Below, piece by piece: positions 37,618-47,251 of a stretch of DNA of 64,000 nt. How positions within the stretch are numbered: the stretch's first letter is position 1; each line of letters begins with the position of its first letter. The position numbers and the translations under genes were made by a program. Source of the stretch: Acidimicrobiales bacterium (GTDB lineage Bacteria > Actinomycetota > Acidimicrobiia > Acidimicrobiales > Bog-793); NCBI GenBank assembly GCA_050008715.1, contig JBEKMC010000012.1, forward strand, positions 5,834 to 69,833, read 5' to 3'. Below the pieces are notes generated by a model that was not told the origin of the DNA, did not search any database, and was given only the letters and a program-made list of their open reading frames with translations.

Positions 37618-38427
37618 TCAGCCGGTTGGCCCTGCCACTACAGGCCCGGGACCGTTGGCGATCGCCAACTGTCGTGTCGTCTGCTCGCGCAGTGCTGCCA
37701 CTTGCTCGGTCGTCAGCACGTCGCACACCCAGTCCCAGTGCATGGCGACCAACTGGCCCGGCCGGGGCGCGTCGATGAACGAGCGGCCGTCCCGTCGCCA
37801 TGGCACCGTCTCGAACCGCGGCATCCCAAGCTGCAACGACGATCCCGTCCAGGCAAGTGGCTCCCCGCTCGCGGTCACGGCGTCGCCCACGACGTCCTCC
37901 ACCTGCCCCCAGCGGACGCGGCATTGCTCGAGGACGCGGAGCGGTTCGGCCACGCGACCGCGCTTCAGGAGACCCACCCATGGATACACCGAGAAGACGT
38001 GGAAGTTGTGATGGGGGCAGGCACCCGGCTCGAGAGCGGCAGCGGGCTGGCGCCCGCCGACGGCGGACTGAAGGCGAAACGCCTCCGACACCAGCTCGCC
38101 CAACTTCGCCTGTGGGACCTTGTCGAGAAGAGGGCTGCCGATCCAGTACGCCTCCACGACCGCCACATCGAGCGGATCGGCGATGCCGGAAGCTGCGGCG
38201 ATCAACTGGAGGTAGGGCCACGCACCCTCGAAGCGGCGAGCCAGCCGGCGCAGATCCTCCGCCGCTGCGGCCTGGCCAGACGAATCGTGGCCAGACGAAT
38301 CGTGGCCGGCCGCAAGGAGGAGCGCCTCCGAGTCCGGTGGCCCGCAGTAGCCGAGCGAGTTCGGCGGGAAAGCGAACCGAGCGAAGAGCGACGCGCCGTC
38401 GGACGAGCGCGTCGGAAGGCCTCCCAT
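37618..38427 (-). CDS. Conserved unknown protein, last gene of the hydrogenase operon (DUF6390-like as far as I recall)
   Basis: 269 aa. The start overlaps the hypC stop by 1 nt (TGATG). Motifs 'FPPNSLGYCGPP', 'HHNFHVFSVYPW', 'HWDWVCD'. No catalytic family recognised. Confidence 0.5.
   Translation of the reverse strand: MGGLPTRSSDGASLFARFAFPPNSLGYCGPPDSEALLLAAGHDSSGHDSSGQAAAAEDLRRLARRFEGAWPYLQLIAAASGIADPLDVAVVEAYWIGSPLLDKVPQAKLGELVSEAFRLQSAVGGRQPAAALEPGACPHHNFHVFSVYPWVGLLKRGRVAEPLRVLEQCRVRWGQVEDVVGDAVTASGEPLAWTGSSLQLGMPRFETVPWRRDGRSFIDAPRPGQLVAMHWDWVCDVLTTEQVAALREQTTRQLAIANGPGPVVAGPTG
38274..38307. repeat. 15-bp tandem duplication GGCCAGACGAATCGT x2 (+4 nt)
   Basis: Read directly. In frame, giving 'GHDSSGHDSSG' in the 37618-38427 protein. 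Confidence 0.9.
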
Positions 38428-38678
38428 CAGGTCCGATCGGTGACGGCGGCCTGCATCTCGTCGTAGGCGGCGGCGAGCCGGCGTGCCTCGGCCTCGGGCA
38501 GCACCCGGACGGCAAGTCCGGTGTGTGCCTGCAGCCAGTCACCCGGGAGCACGTCGACACCATCGAACACGAGCAGGGCCGTCGAGACGCGATGTAACGA
38601 GCCGGCGATGTCGACGATCGCCACCCCTTCCTCCTCACTCGGGAGGGACACGACCTGACCGACCCGCTCGACGCACAT
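38427..38678 (-). CDS. hypC: HypC/HybG/HupF-family hydrogenase maturation chaperone
   Basis: 83 aa. N-terminal Met-Cys ('MCVERVGQVV'), OB-fold-size protein. 1-nt overlaps on both sides. Confidence 0.8.
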   Translation of the reverse strand: MCVERVGQVVSLPSEEEGVAIVDIAGSLHRVSTALLVFDGVDVLPGDWLQAHTGLAVRVLPEAEARRLAAAYDEMQAAVTDRT

Positions 38679-39154
38679 CAGCGCGCCTGCTCCGACCCGG
38701 CGCCGGCTGCCGCAACGAGGTCGTCGACCAGCGTCTCGAGCGCCTCCGCGACGGGCGGGGAAAGTCCGACACCGTTACGGACGTCTCCGACCTCGATGCC
38801 GTAGAGAACCAAGTGGGCGGGCAGCCGTTCGAGCACGCGAGCGAGCTCCACCGCTTCGGCCACACCGATCCCGTGGGTGCTGACCGCAGACGCCGGCGGG
38901 GCGGCGTCCCATTGCCCGTCGATGCACTCGAAACGGTGGAGTGCGCCGGGCTCGCCGCCCGAATCGACGGCGTCGATGAGGAACACCTTGGATCGCCCCG
39001 ACCACCGCTGCACGAGCGCTACCGGCTCACCGCTCTCCTCCACGAGGTCCACGCCGCCCATCCCCGCCTGGCGGAGCAGCTCGATGGCGGCGACTCCGAC
39101 ACCGTCGTCGCTCCGGTAGGGATTGCCGACGCCGATGAAGAGGATCCTGCTCAC
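38678..39154 (-). CDS. [NiFe]-hydrogenase maturation endopeptidase (HycI/HybD family)
   Basis: GTG 39154 (GTGA overlap with the large-subunit stop). 'GVGNPYRSDDGVG' and 'STHGIG'. Confidence 0.85.
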   Translation of the reverse strand: MSRILFIGVGNPYRSDDGVGVAAIELLRQAGMGGVDLVEESGEPVALVQRWSGRSKVFLIDAVDSGGEPGALHRFECIDGQWDAAPPASAVSTHGIGVAEAVELARVLERLPAHLVLYGIEVGDVRNGVGLSPPVAEALETLVDDLVAAAGAGSEQAR

Positions 39155-40458
39155 GACTTCAGACGGTCGACCCGCAGGTCGAGGAAGTGCGTGGCGCACG
39201 AGATACAGGGGTCGTAGTTGCGGATGGTGTGCTCGCAACGGGCCGTCAGGGCGGCATCGTCCATGTCGAGGTTGGCCTCGACGACATGGGTCAGGTCGTG
39301 CTCGATCGCCTGTTGGTTCTGCGACGTCGGGGGCACGATCGTCGCCGATGTGATGAGACCGTCGGCTCCGATCTCGTATCGGTGGTACAGGAGCCCGCGG
39401 GGCGCTTCGCTCGCACCGTGCCCGACGCCGGCTCGGGCCACGACCTCGATGGACGGCGCTGCCGGGGGGACATAGCCCTCGATGAGGCGGAGAGCCTCGT
39501 CGCAGGCGGCCACTGTCTCGACGGCGCGGACCACGATGCTCTGGAACGGGTTGCGACACTCGGTCCCGAGGCCGGCGTCAGCCGCCGCCTGGCGCGCCAC
39601 AGCCGGGAGAGCGTGCTGATTGAGGCTGTAGCGGGCGAGCGGGCCGACGATGTACTCGCCCCCGTCCCAGCGGCCGTGGAGCGCGTTGCTGTGCTCGACA
39701 TGCTCCTCGTGGATGTGCTCGGAGAACTCCGAGATCGGGATCTGAAGCCTGCCGCTCGACGAGCCGATACGCCGGCCCATGATCGGGTAGTCGCCTTCGG
39801 CGGCCAACGCCACGAGCTCCCAGTCGCCTTCGTAGGACGGGATCGAGAAACCCGCCACCCATTCCACCGTCTCGAGCGCCGCCTGTCGGGCCCACTCCAA
39901 CTCCGGAACGAGCTCGGCCAGCTGCGACTCGTCCGGCAAGCGGTAGAAACCCCCGACGCGCACGTTGATCGGATGGATCGCCCGCCCGCCGATTACCTCG
40001 AGAATGCGGTTGCCGACCTTCTTCAGGCGGAGCCCGCGCTCGACGATGGCCCTGTGGTCGCGGGCGAGCGAGATGGCGCCGTCGTAGCCGAGGAAATCCG
40101 GGGCGTGCAGCATGTAGATGTGCAGGGCGTGGCTCTCGATCCACTCGCCGCAGTACAGCAGCCGACGAAGGTCGGCCAGCTGGCCGTCGACTGTGACGCC
40201 ACAGGCGTCCTCGATGGCGAGGCAGGCGCTCATCTGATACGCGACCGGGCAGATGCCGCAGATCCGCGCCGTGATGTCCGGCGGTTCGGTGTAAGCCCGG
40301 CCCTCGAGGAACGCCTCGAAGAAACGAGGCGGCTCGTAAATGTTGAGCTGCACCGAGGTGAGCTCACCGTCGGTGATCGTGACGTGCAACGCGCCCTCGC
40401 CCTCGACGCGGGCGAGCGAGTGGACGTCGAGGCTCCTCGCACCGTTCTGATGCGTCAT
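39151..40458 (-). CDS. hyhL: [NiFe]-hydrogenase large (alpha) subunit, group 3b-like
   Basis: ATG 40458 (ATGA overlap). N-terminal site '[10 protein letters not shown]' and C-terminal site 'DPCISCATH' followed by a short cleavable tail. 435 aa, typical of cytosolic group 3. Confidence 0.9.
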   Translation of the reverse strand: MTHQNGARSLDVHSLARVEGEGALHVTITDGELTSVQLNIYEPPRFFEAFLEGRAYTEPPDITARICGICPVAYQMSACLAIEDACGVTVDGQLADLRRLLYCGEWIESHALHIYMLHAPDFLGYDGAISLARDHRAIVERGLRLKKVGNRILEVIGGRAIHPINVRVGGFYRLPDESQLAELVPELEWARQAALETVEWVAGFSIPSYEGDWELVALAAEGDYPIMGRRIGSSSGRLQIPISEFSEHIHEEHVEHSNALHGRWDGGEYIVGPLARYSLNQHALPAVARQAAADAGLGTECRNPFQSIVVRAVETVAACDEALRLIEGYVPPAAPSIEVVARAGVGHGASEAPRGLLYHRYEIGADGLITSATIVPPTSQNQQAIEHDLTHVVEANLDMDDAALTARCEHTIRNYDPCISCATHFLDLRVDRLKS

Positions 40459-41240
40459 GACGCTGCCTCCTCGACGGTCGAGCCGACCTCCCGGAAGCCC
40501 GGCGCGCCGGCGTTGAACGTGTGGAACACCCGCCCGATGTCGCCGTCGGAGACCGGTACCGTCCGCAGGAGCTGGACGAACGCCGTCGTGTTGATGGTGT
40601 CCGCCGGCCCGTAACAGCCGAAGCAGCCGCGGTCGAAGGCCGGGCAGATCGCGCCGCAGCCGGCGTGGGTGACGGGGCCGAGGCACGGCGTGCCGTGTGC
40701 CACCATCACGCAGGTCGTGCCGCGTCGCTTGCACTCGACGCAGACCGAGCCCGACTGCAGCCGCGGCGGCTTGCCGAGCAGGTACGACGAGATCACATGC
40801 AGCAGCTGCGACTTGTTGATCGGGCAACCCCGGAGCTCGAAGTCGACAGCCACGTGCTCGGACATCGGCGTCGAGGTTGCCAGCGTCTCGATGTACTCCG
40901 GCTGGGCGTACACGATGGAGGTGTAGGCCTTCACGTCGGCGAAGTTCCGCAACGCCTGCACACCGCCGGCCGTGGCGCACGCGCCGATCGAGATGAGGAT
41001 CGTCGACTGCGCACGGATGTCGACAATGCGGTCGATGTCGTGGGCGGTCGTGATCGACCCCTCCACGATGGACAGGTCGTACGGGCCGTCCACCGAGGTG
41101 CTCGACGCCTCGAGGAAGTAGGCGAAGTCGACCGCCCCCGCCACCGCCAAGAGCTCGTCCTCACAGTCGAGCAACGTCAGCTGGCATCCGTCGCAGGAGG
41201 CGAACTTCCAGACGGCGACTTTGGGAAGGCTCTGCGTCAC
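40455..41240 (-). CDS. hyhS: [NiFe]-hydrogenase small (delta) subunit, group 3b-like
   Basis: GTG 41240 (GTGA overlap). 'FASCDGCQ', 'GACATAGG', 'RGCPI', and distal Cys clusters '[11 protein letters not shown]...[15 protein letters not shown]...GCFGC'. No Tat signal. Confidence 0.85.
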   Translation of the reverse strand: MTQSLPKVAVWKFASCDGCQLTLLDCEDELLAVAGAVDFAYFLEASSTSVDGPYDLSIVEGSITTAHDIDRIVDIRAQSTILISIGACATAGGVQALRNFADVKAYTSIVYAQPEYIETLATSTPMSEHVAVDFELRGCPINKSQLLHVISSYLLGKPPRLQSGSVCVECKRRGTTCVMVAHGTPCLGPVTHAGCGAICPAFDRGCFGCYGPADTINTTAFVQLLRTVPVSDGDIGRVFHTFNAGAPGFREVGSTVEEAAS

Positions 41241-42091
41241 AGCTCGCGCACCTCCATGAGCGGGCGCGCCGTCGTCCAGCTGACGACGGGGCCGTCCGTG
41301 CAGACGAAGTACCCGGCGAGCTGGCAATGGCCGCAATGTCGGATGGCGCATTGCATGTTGCGCTCGAGCGAGACCTGGATGTCGTCCGGCGATACGCCGC
41401 GCTCGACAAGGTTGAGTGCGACGAAGCGCATCATCACCTCAGGGCCACAGGCGATTGCCACCGTCCGACCCGGTTCGATCGTCAGGCGCGGCAGCTCGTT
41501 CGTGACGATGCCGACGTTGCCCTCCCAGCCGGGCGAGCCGCGGTCGACGATGGTTCGCACGGTGATGGCGCCGTCGTGCCACCAACCGTCGAGCTCGGAA
41601 CGGAAGAGCAGCTCGTCGGCGGTGCGGGCGCCCATGACGAGCGCAACGCTGCCGAACGCAGACCGGTTGGCGAGCACCGCGTGGATCACCGGCCGCACGG
41701 GTGCCAGTCCGATGCCGCCCGCCACGATGATGAGATCCCGCCCCATCGCCGCCTCGACGTCCCAACCCCGACCGAACGGCCCGCGGACCCCGACGACGTC
41801 GCCCTGTTGTTTCGCGCACAAGGCGCTCGTGACGCCGCCCACGTCTCGGATCGTATGCACGAGCACGCCGTCGCTCGTGGTCGCGCTTACGGAGATGGGG
41901 ACCTCGCCAGCGCCCCATGACCACAGCATGTTGAACTGGCCGGGGGCGATCGCCGGCACGCCATCGTCTTCCGGTTCGAGCCTCATCGTGACGGTGGCAT
42001 CCGTCTCACGTCGCGTGCTGGCGACCCGGTACAGCACGGGTCGCATCGGGTCGCGAGCAGTCGCGAGCGCCGCTCCGGCCACTTCAGCCAT
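41237..42091 (-). CDS. hyhG: Hydrogenase gamma subunit: FNR-like FAD/NAD(P)-binding protein with C-terminal 2Fe-2S motif
   Basis: 284 aa. 'GPFG', '[10 protein letters not shown]', and C-terminal '[21 protein letters not shown]'. Confidence 0.85.
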   Translation of the reverse strand: MAEVAGAALATARDPMRPVLYRVASTRRETDATVTMRLEPEDDGVPAIAPGQFNMLWSWGAGEVPISVSATTSDGVLVHTIRDVGGVTSALCAKQQGDVVGVRGPFGRGWDVEAAMGRDLIIVAGGIGLAPVRPVIHAVLANRSAFGSVALVMGARTADELLFRSELDGWWHDGAITVRTIVDRGSPGWEGNVGIVTNELPRLTIEPGRTVAIACGPEVMMRFVALNLVERGVSPDDIQVSLERNMQCAIRHCGHCQLAGYFVCTDGPVVSWTTARPLMEVREL

Positions 42092-42554
42092 GGTCGTCGC
42101 CGAACAGGTCGAGCAGTCGTATACGGGTTGACTCCAGGCGCTCTTCCATGATCTTGGCGACCTCGGTCATCAAGCGGTAGCCGGCCGCAGGGTTCTCCTC
42201 CAGGTACGGGAGCAGGCAGTCGGCGTGCAGTTCTACGGCTCGCACGTGCTCGACGGCGACGGCGTCGAAGTGCCACACATAGGGAGGCACGACCCAGGAC
42301 CAGCCAAGGATGTCTCCGGTCTGCAGCGTCTCGAGTGACACGAGCCCTTTGCTCGGGACGTGCACCCCGACGTTGACGCGGCCGGCCCGGATGGCGAAGA
42401 AGCTCTTCGCCGGGGTTCCCTCCGTGCAGAGCGCAGCACCGGTATCGAACACGACGTTGTTGGCGCACTCGGCCAACCGCCTGCGCAGGTCCTCCGGGAA
42501 CAGTGCGAAGAAACGATGCTCGGCGAGCTCCTCGGCAATCGTGGTGGGCATCAT
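42084..42554 (-). CDS. Stand-alone cyclic-nucleotide-binding (cNMP) domain protein inside the hydrogenase operon
   Basis: 156 aa. '[15 protein letters not shown]...[11 protein letters not shown]...[13 protein letters not shown]' has the CAP/PKA-type beta-roll pattern. No HTH domain. ATGA overlap with the beta stop and an 8-nt overlap with the gamma start. Confidence 0.7.
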   Translation of the reverse strand: MMPTTIAEELAEHRFFALFPEDLRRRLAECANNVVFDTGAALCTEGTPAKSFFAIRAGRVNVGVHVPSKGLVSLETLQTGDILGWSWVVPPYVWHFDAVAVEHVRAVELHADCLLPYLEENPAAGYRLMTEVAKIMEERLESTRIRLLDLFGDDHG

Positions 42555-43738
42555 CGTGTGTCCTCCTTCTGCAATGCGGTCGCCTCAGGCCCGCGTATGG
42601 CGCGCGCCTCTTCGGTGATGTCGATCCCGACGGGGCACCAGGCGATGCAACGCCCGCACCCCACGCAGCCGGATTCGCCGAACTGGTCCCACCACGTCGA
42701 GAGCTTGTGGGTCATCCACTGCCGGTACCGCGCCTTCGTGGAGACTCGCAGAGATCCGCCGTGCAGGTAGGAATGGCTGAGCTGGAAGCATGACGCCCAC
42801 TCACGTACCCGCTCGTCGGTGCCGGTGGCAGCGTTCGGCTCGTCGGCCACGTCCGCGCAGAAGCACGTGGGGCACGCCATCGTGCAGTTGCCGCATGACA
42901 AGCAACGACTTGCGACGTCATCCCATCTCGGGTGGTCCACGGCCGCCAGCAGCAGCGCCGGGAGGCCTTCGGTGTTCATCGACCGCTGCATGCGGGAGAT
43001 TGCAGTCTCCGTGACCTGCGCCGCGCCGGCGAGATCGGCCTCGCCGACCTCCGCCGGGCTCAACCGGGCGGCGACTGCGCTCCCGCGATCGCTCATCGGA
43101 TGGACGAGGAAACGGTGTCGTTGCGGATCGCCGGGGTCGAGCTCGGTGAGGACGAGGTCGGCCCCTTCCCCGACGGCCGGCCCGGTGCCCATCGAGGTGC
43201 AGAAGCACGTCGAGGCGGGATCGCTGCAGTTGACGCCGATGAAGAAGATGCCTTCGCGCCGCCCGGCGTACACCGGCTCGGTGCACTCGCCCTGGAGGAA
43301 GACCCGGTCCTGAACGGCGATGGCGGCGAGATCGCAACCCCGGATCCCGAAGAACGCCCGCTTCGGCGGTGCCGGCTGCGTCTCTTCGAAGATGATCCGG
43401 TCCCCCTCGCGCCGCGACCTCCACAGCACGGTTCTCGGCGGGAACAGATGACGTTTCCAGGTGCCGGCGGGAGCTGCAAAGCCGAAGTACGCCTCGTCGC
43501 TCCGCTCGACCAGCCGGTAGCGGCCCGGCTCCTGGTCGTCGCCCCACCCGCGGGGCAACTGGCTGCTCGTCGTGATCGCTTCGATCACGATCGATCCGTC
43601 GCGCACCGTCGGTCCGAGAACCTCGTAGCCGTCCTCCGCGAGTGCCGCCAACAACTCGTCGAGACCCGAGAGCGGGATCACGGTCGGGACGCGCGACACC
43701 GGGAGGACAGTCACAGAACGAGCCTGCCTGAGGGCCAT
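42551..43738 (-). CDS. hyhB: Hydrogenase beta subunit (4Fe-4S dicluster protein, sulfhydrogenase-beta-like)
   Basis: C-terminal 395 aa of the 948-aa ORF. '[16 protein letters not shown]' and '[12 protein letters not shown]'. Start ATG 43738 is provisional; in-frame GTGs lie just downstream. Confidence 0.8.
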   Translation of the reverse strand: MALRQARSVTVLPVSRVPTVIPLSGLDELLAALAEDGYEVLGPTVRDGSIVIEAITTSSQLPRGWGDDQEPGRYRLVERSDEAYFGFAAPAGTWKRHLFPPRTVLWRSRREGDRIIFEETQPAPPKRAFFGIRGCDLAAIAVQDRVFLQGECTEPVYAGRREGIFFIGVNCSDPASTCFCTSMGTGPAVGEGADLVLTELDPGDPQRHRFLVHPMSDRGSAVAARLSPAEVGEADLAGAAQVTETAISRMQRSMNTEGLPALLLAAVDHPRWDDVASRCLSCGNCTMACPTCFCADVADEPNAATGTDERVREWASCFQLSHSYLHGGSLRVSTKARYRQWMTHKLSTWWDQFGESGCVGCGRCIAWCPVGIDITEEARAIRGPEATALQKEDTR

Positions 43739-43804
43739 GAGTGTGGCAAGGGTCCAATGACCATATTTGGGGTCCGGGGACCAGTAGACAGACACGGTGC
43801 CCAC

Positions 43805-43820
43805 AGTGAAGGTGCTCACA
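43805..43820. promoter_or_regulatory. CRP/FNR-type palindrome AGTGA-N6-TCACA in the hydrogenase / aminotransferase divergent region
   Basis: Read directly. 9/10 match to TGTGA-N6-TCACA, centred ~74 nt upstream of the hyhB ATG. Confidence 0.35.
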
Positions 43821-43834
43821 GTAGGAATGCAGCG

Positions 43835-45232
43835 GTGACGGCGAAGCCACGCCCGGACAGCGCCCTTCGTTCGCTCGTCGGCGACGGAAGGCTCGTGCCC
43901 TGCGTCGACGGGAAGGATCGCCCGTACCTCTCGTGCGACACCGCCGCCTCCACTGGCGCCCTCGAGCCGGTCCTCGCCCGCGTCACCGAGTTCCTGCCCT
44001 GGTACTCGAGCGTGCATCGCGGTGCCGGCTACAAGTCCCAGCAGTCGACGGACGCCTACGAGAGCGCCCGCGAGTCCGCCCTCCGCTTCGCCGGTCGGGA
44101 GGGCAGCAGCGACACGGCCATCTTCTGCCGCAACACGACCGAAGCGCTCAACCACCTCGCCTACCGGCTGAGATTCGCGCCCGACGACGTCGTCCTCACG
44201 ACCGTGGTCGAGCACCACGCCAATCTCCTCCCCTGGTCGCGTGCCGCCAGCTGCCGCCACGTCGAGTGCGGCCGGGACGGGACCTTCGAGCTTTCCGACG
44301 TGACAGCCGGGCTCGACGAGCAGCCGGTCCCACGGATCCTCGCCGTCACGGGCGCCTCCAACATCACCGGCTGGATGCCGCCGCTGGACGAGATCGTGGC
44401 CGCTGCCCATGCCCGCGGCGTACCCGTGGTCGTCGACGCCGCCCAGCTGGCGCCGCACCGGAGGCTGCCCACATCGCCGGACTTCATCGCATGGAGCGGG
44501 CACAAGATGTATGCGCCCTTCGGCGCCGGCGTGCTCGTCGGCCCACGGGAGGCGTTTCGCTACGGGGACCCGTTTCTCGCCGGCGGGGGCGCCGTCGACC
44601 TCGTCGACCTGGACGAGGTCGTCTGGACCGAGCCTCCGGATCGGGAGGAGGCCGGCTCGCCCAACGTGATCGGGGCGGTGGCGCTGGCGGCGGCCATCGA
44701 CGAGCTCGAAGGGATCGGTTGGCCGAGCATCGCCGAGCATGACCGGCACCTCGCTCGCCTGCTCCGCGAGGGCCTGGCGTCCATCCCGGGCGTCCACGTG
44801 CTCGGGCCCGATCCTCGGGTCGAGACGCTCCCGGTGGCGGCCTTCACGATCGACGGGCTTCCGCATGCGCTCGTTGCCGCCCGTTTGTCGGCCGAGGAGG
44901 GTATCGGCGTGCGCCATGGTTGTTTCTGCGCCCACCCATACCTGATGCGACTGCTCGGGCTCGGTCATGCAGAGGTCCTCGAGTACCGGGAACAGGTGCG
45001 CCACGGTGACCGGAGCCGCATGCCGGGCGCCGTGCGGGCAAGCTTCGGCATCAACGGGAGCGCCGGCGACGTCGAACGACTCTGTGCCGCCGTCGCCGTG
45101 CTGGCCGCCGGCGAGCCGGCGCCCATCGACTACGCGCAAGACGGGCGAACGGGTGACTTCCTGCCGGACGCCGATTCGGCCCCCTGGCTCTCCGGCGGCC
45201 GCCGCCACGGCTCGTCCTGCTCGCCCGGCTAG
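43835..45232 (+). CDS. Class-V aminotransferase / cysteine-desulfurase-like PLP enzyme
   Basis: C-terminal part of ORF 42932..45232. 'TTVVEHHANLLPW', 'VVVDAAQLAPH', 'SGHKMYAPFGAGVL'. Start is GTG 43835 or ATG 43757. Confidence 0.8.
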   Translation: MTAKPRPDSALRSLVGDGRLVPCVDGKDRPYLSCDTAASTGALEPVLARVTEFLPWYSSVHRGAGYKSQQSTDAYESARESALRFAGREGSSDTAIFCRNTTEALNHLAYRLRFAPDDVVLTTVVEHHANLLPWSRAASCRHVECGRDGTFELSDVTAGLDEQPVPRILAVTGASNITGWMPPLDEIVAAAHARGVPVVVDAAQLAPHRRLPTSPDFIAWSGHKMYAPFGAGVLVGPREAFRYGDPFLAGGGAVDLVDLDEVVWTEPPDREEAGSPNVIGAVALAAAIDELEGIGWPSIAEHDRHLARLLREGLASIPGVHVLGPDPRVETLPVAAFTIDGLPHALVAARLSAEEGIGVRHGCFCAHPYLMRLLGLGHAEVLEYREQVRHGDRSRMPGAVRASFGINGSAGDVERLCAAVAVLAAGEPAPIDYAQDGRTGDFLPDADSAPWLSGGRRHGSSCSPG

Positions 45233-45272
45233 GCACACCGCGTCGACTCGTCGGGCCGTAGGGTCTCGTGGC

Positions 45273-45683
45273 ATGCAGAGCGCCGAGATCCACCTCCACA
45301 CAGGGCGCCGGTTTGTGACGGACATGACCGAGGCGGTGATGGGTTTCTGCGCGGACAAGGGCGATGGGCTCTGCCACGTCTTCGTGCCGCACGCCACTGC
45401 CGGCGTCGCACTGATGGAGACCGGATCGGGCTCGGAGGCGGACCTGCAGCAGGCCGTCGACGCCCTGTTGCCCCGCGACGGCAGGTACCGGCACCAGCAC
45501 GGTTCCCGCGGTCATGGCGCTGATCACGTCCTTCCGGCCTTCGTCTCCCCCTCCCTCGTTCTCGCCGTGCGGGAGGGGCGCCCTGTGCTCGGCACGTGGC
45601 AGTCCGTCGTGTTCGTCGACCCCAACGTCGACAACCCGGACCGGACGCTCCTGCTGCACTTCCTGGCGGACCGTCCCGGCTAG
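45273..45683 (+). CDS. YjbQ/UPF0047-family protein (secondary thiamine-phosphate synthase fold)
   Basis: 136 aa. 'LCHVFVPHATAGVALME', 'GHGADHV', 'LGTWQSVVFVD'. Confidence 0.8.
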   Translation: MQSAEIHLHTGRRFVTDMTEAVMGFCADKGDGLCHVFVPHATAGVALMETGSGSEADLQQAVDALLPRDGRYRHQHGSRGHGADHVLPAFVSPSLVLAVREGRPVLGTWQSVVFVDPNVDNPDRTLLLHFLADRPG

Positions 45684-46330
45684 GAGGGGCTCGTGAGCGT
45701 CCGCTGCACGTCGGCGAGGGTGTCCCACGGCTCGTAGGCGACGCTGTTACGGGCACACCAGTCAGCGAGGTCGCCTTTGGCGAACACGAGGTCCGCCACG
45801 ACGGCGGCTTTCACGTCGCTGGCGCCGTCGCCGACGAGCACGGTCGTCCGCCCTCGCGACCGGGCGGCCCGGATCGGGGCCCGCTTGCAGGCACCGCACT
45901 CCGCACACTCGCAATCGGTGACCTCGTTCGGGAAGCGCACCTCCCAGGACGCCCAGTCGATGGCGTTCGTGACCACCGGGATGCCGGCGTCGGTGCCCAC
46001 TTCCTCGGCCCGAAACCCAAAGCCGTCCGACAAGATGCTCACCTCGGCTCCCTCGGCTCGGAGGGCGGCGACAAGGGGCAGGAAGCCGTCGTCGAGGGCA
46101 ACCTCGGCCACAACGCGCTCCACACGCGCCCGGTCCGGCGGCAACAGTGCCCACTCCTCGATCATGCACGCCTTGGAGCCGATCTCGCCGGCGATGTACC
46201 GACGTTCGAGATCGTGCCATCGATCGGGTGCCGCCAATCGCTGCAGTAGATACACGCCGGTGTCGTCGCACGTGATCGTGCCGTCGAAATCGAGGAACAC
46301 CGATGCGGCCGACAGATCGATCCGCTCCAT
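45680..46330 (-). CDS. HAD-IB phosphatase (MtnX / PHOSPHO-like)
   Basis: 'FLDFDGTIT' (motif I), 'GDGASD' (motif III), Cys cluster 'CECAECGACK'. Start is ATG 46330 or TTG 46360 (the latter overlaps the PTP stop). Confidence 0.75.
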   Translation of the reverse strand: MERIDLSAASVFLDFDGTITCDDTGVYLLQRLAAPDRWHDLERRYIAGEIGSKACMIEEWALLPPDRARVERVVAEVALDDGFLPLVAALRAEGAEVSILSDGFGFRAEEVGTDAGIPVVTNAIDWASWEVRFPNEVTDCECAECGACKRAPIRAARSRGRTTVLVGDGASDVKAAVVADLVFAKGDLADWCARNSVAYEPWDTLADVQRTLTSPS

Positions 46331-46356
46331 CCGGGCGACGCTACCCGGGCAGTCGG

Positions 46357-47163
46357 TCAATCGAGGAGCAGGTCCCGCAACGCCTGAAGAGATTGCGGCG
46401 CCAGGGCTGCAGGACCGCGCAGGTACGCCTCCACGCCGCCGTACTCGGCGTCGACCGCCTCCAAGGCGGTGGCCATCACCCAGCGTGGCGCCGCCAGGAG
46501 ACCGAGGGCCGCTTCCTGTGACATCCCGGTCGCGATGAAACGAGCCAGTATCTCCTGATGGCGCTCCACTGTCAGCGTCCGGCCCGTTAGCTCGTAATCG
46601 TCGAGAACGGCTGCGCGATCGACGCCGAGCCAGCTGAGCAGGAGAGCGGCAGCCAGGCCGGTGCGGTCCTTGCCGCCGGCACAGTGGAAGACGGCAGGCA
46701 GGCGCGCCTGGTCGGCCAGTCCCGAGTACAGCTCGCCGAACAACGGGCCGGCCGTCGCGAGTATGGCGAGGTAGACGTCGCGCAGGCGGCTCTCGGCGTC
46801 GGCCGCGCTGCGAAGGGCGCTCCCGTCGTTGAACTCGTCCCGCGGGACCTGGCTCTCCAGCGCCACCTGCCTCGACGGCATCGGATTGGGGTGGCGCTCG
46901 CGCTCGTCATTGCTGCGCAGGTCGTACACGGCGACGATGCCGAGCTGGTCGTAGACGACACGATCGCTCGGAGTGAGCCGGTAGAGGGCGTCCGAACGGA
47001 ACACCCTTCCCCATCGAGTCCGGCGTCCCGAGTGAGCCCGGTAGCCACCGAGGTCGCGGAAATTCACGACGCCCGCGAACCGGATGAGTCGCCTTCCGAA
47101 GTCGTCAGTCGTGTCGCCTCGAGATGGTTCTCCGAACGCGACGACTGGCCTCGTGTCGGACAC
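46357..47163 (-). CDS. Protein-tyrosine/dual-specificity phosphatase (Tyr_phosphatase_3-like)
   Basis: P-loop 'FHCAGGKDRTG' (HCxxGxxRT). 'NFRDLGG' near the N-terminus. Confidence 0.85.
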   Translation of the reverse strand: MSDTRPVVAFGEPSRGDTTDDFGRRLIRFAGVVNFRDLGGYRAHSGRRTRWGRVFRSDALYRLTPSDRVVYDQLGIVAVYDLRSNDERERHPNPMPSRQVALESQVPRDEFNDGSALRSAADAESRLRDVYLAILATAGPLFGELYSGLADQARLPAVFHCAGGKDRTGLAAALLLSWLGVDRAAVLDDYELTGRTLTVERHQEILARFIATGMSQEAALGLLAAPRWVMATALEAVDAEYGGVEAYLRGPAALAPQSLQALRDLLLD

Positions 47164-47177
47164 GCCATCGACGGTAG

Positions 47178-47201
47178 GCCGGAGTCCGCCGGAGTCCGGC
47201 C
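47178..47201. repeat. 10-bp tandem repeat GCCGGAGTCC x2.4
   Basis: Read directly, in the PTP/DLH divergent intergenic region. Confidence 0.85.
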
Positions 47202-47251
47202 GCGCCCCCTCCGGCTCGTCTCGCCGATCAGCCGGTCACTAATCTGCCGGC

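Noticed and set aside
42551-45397. 948-aa ORF on the - strand suggesting a giant hydrogenase beta-subunit fusion
   Set aside because: Only the C-terminal ~395 aa carry HyhB-type motifs. The N-terminal ~550 aa are Arg/Gly/Ala-rich, motif-free, and lie exactly antisense to a well-supported class-V aminotransferase gene (43835-45232, 'SGHKMYAPFGAGVL'). This is typical open antisense frame in high-GC DNA.
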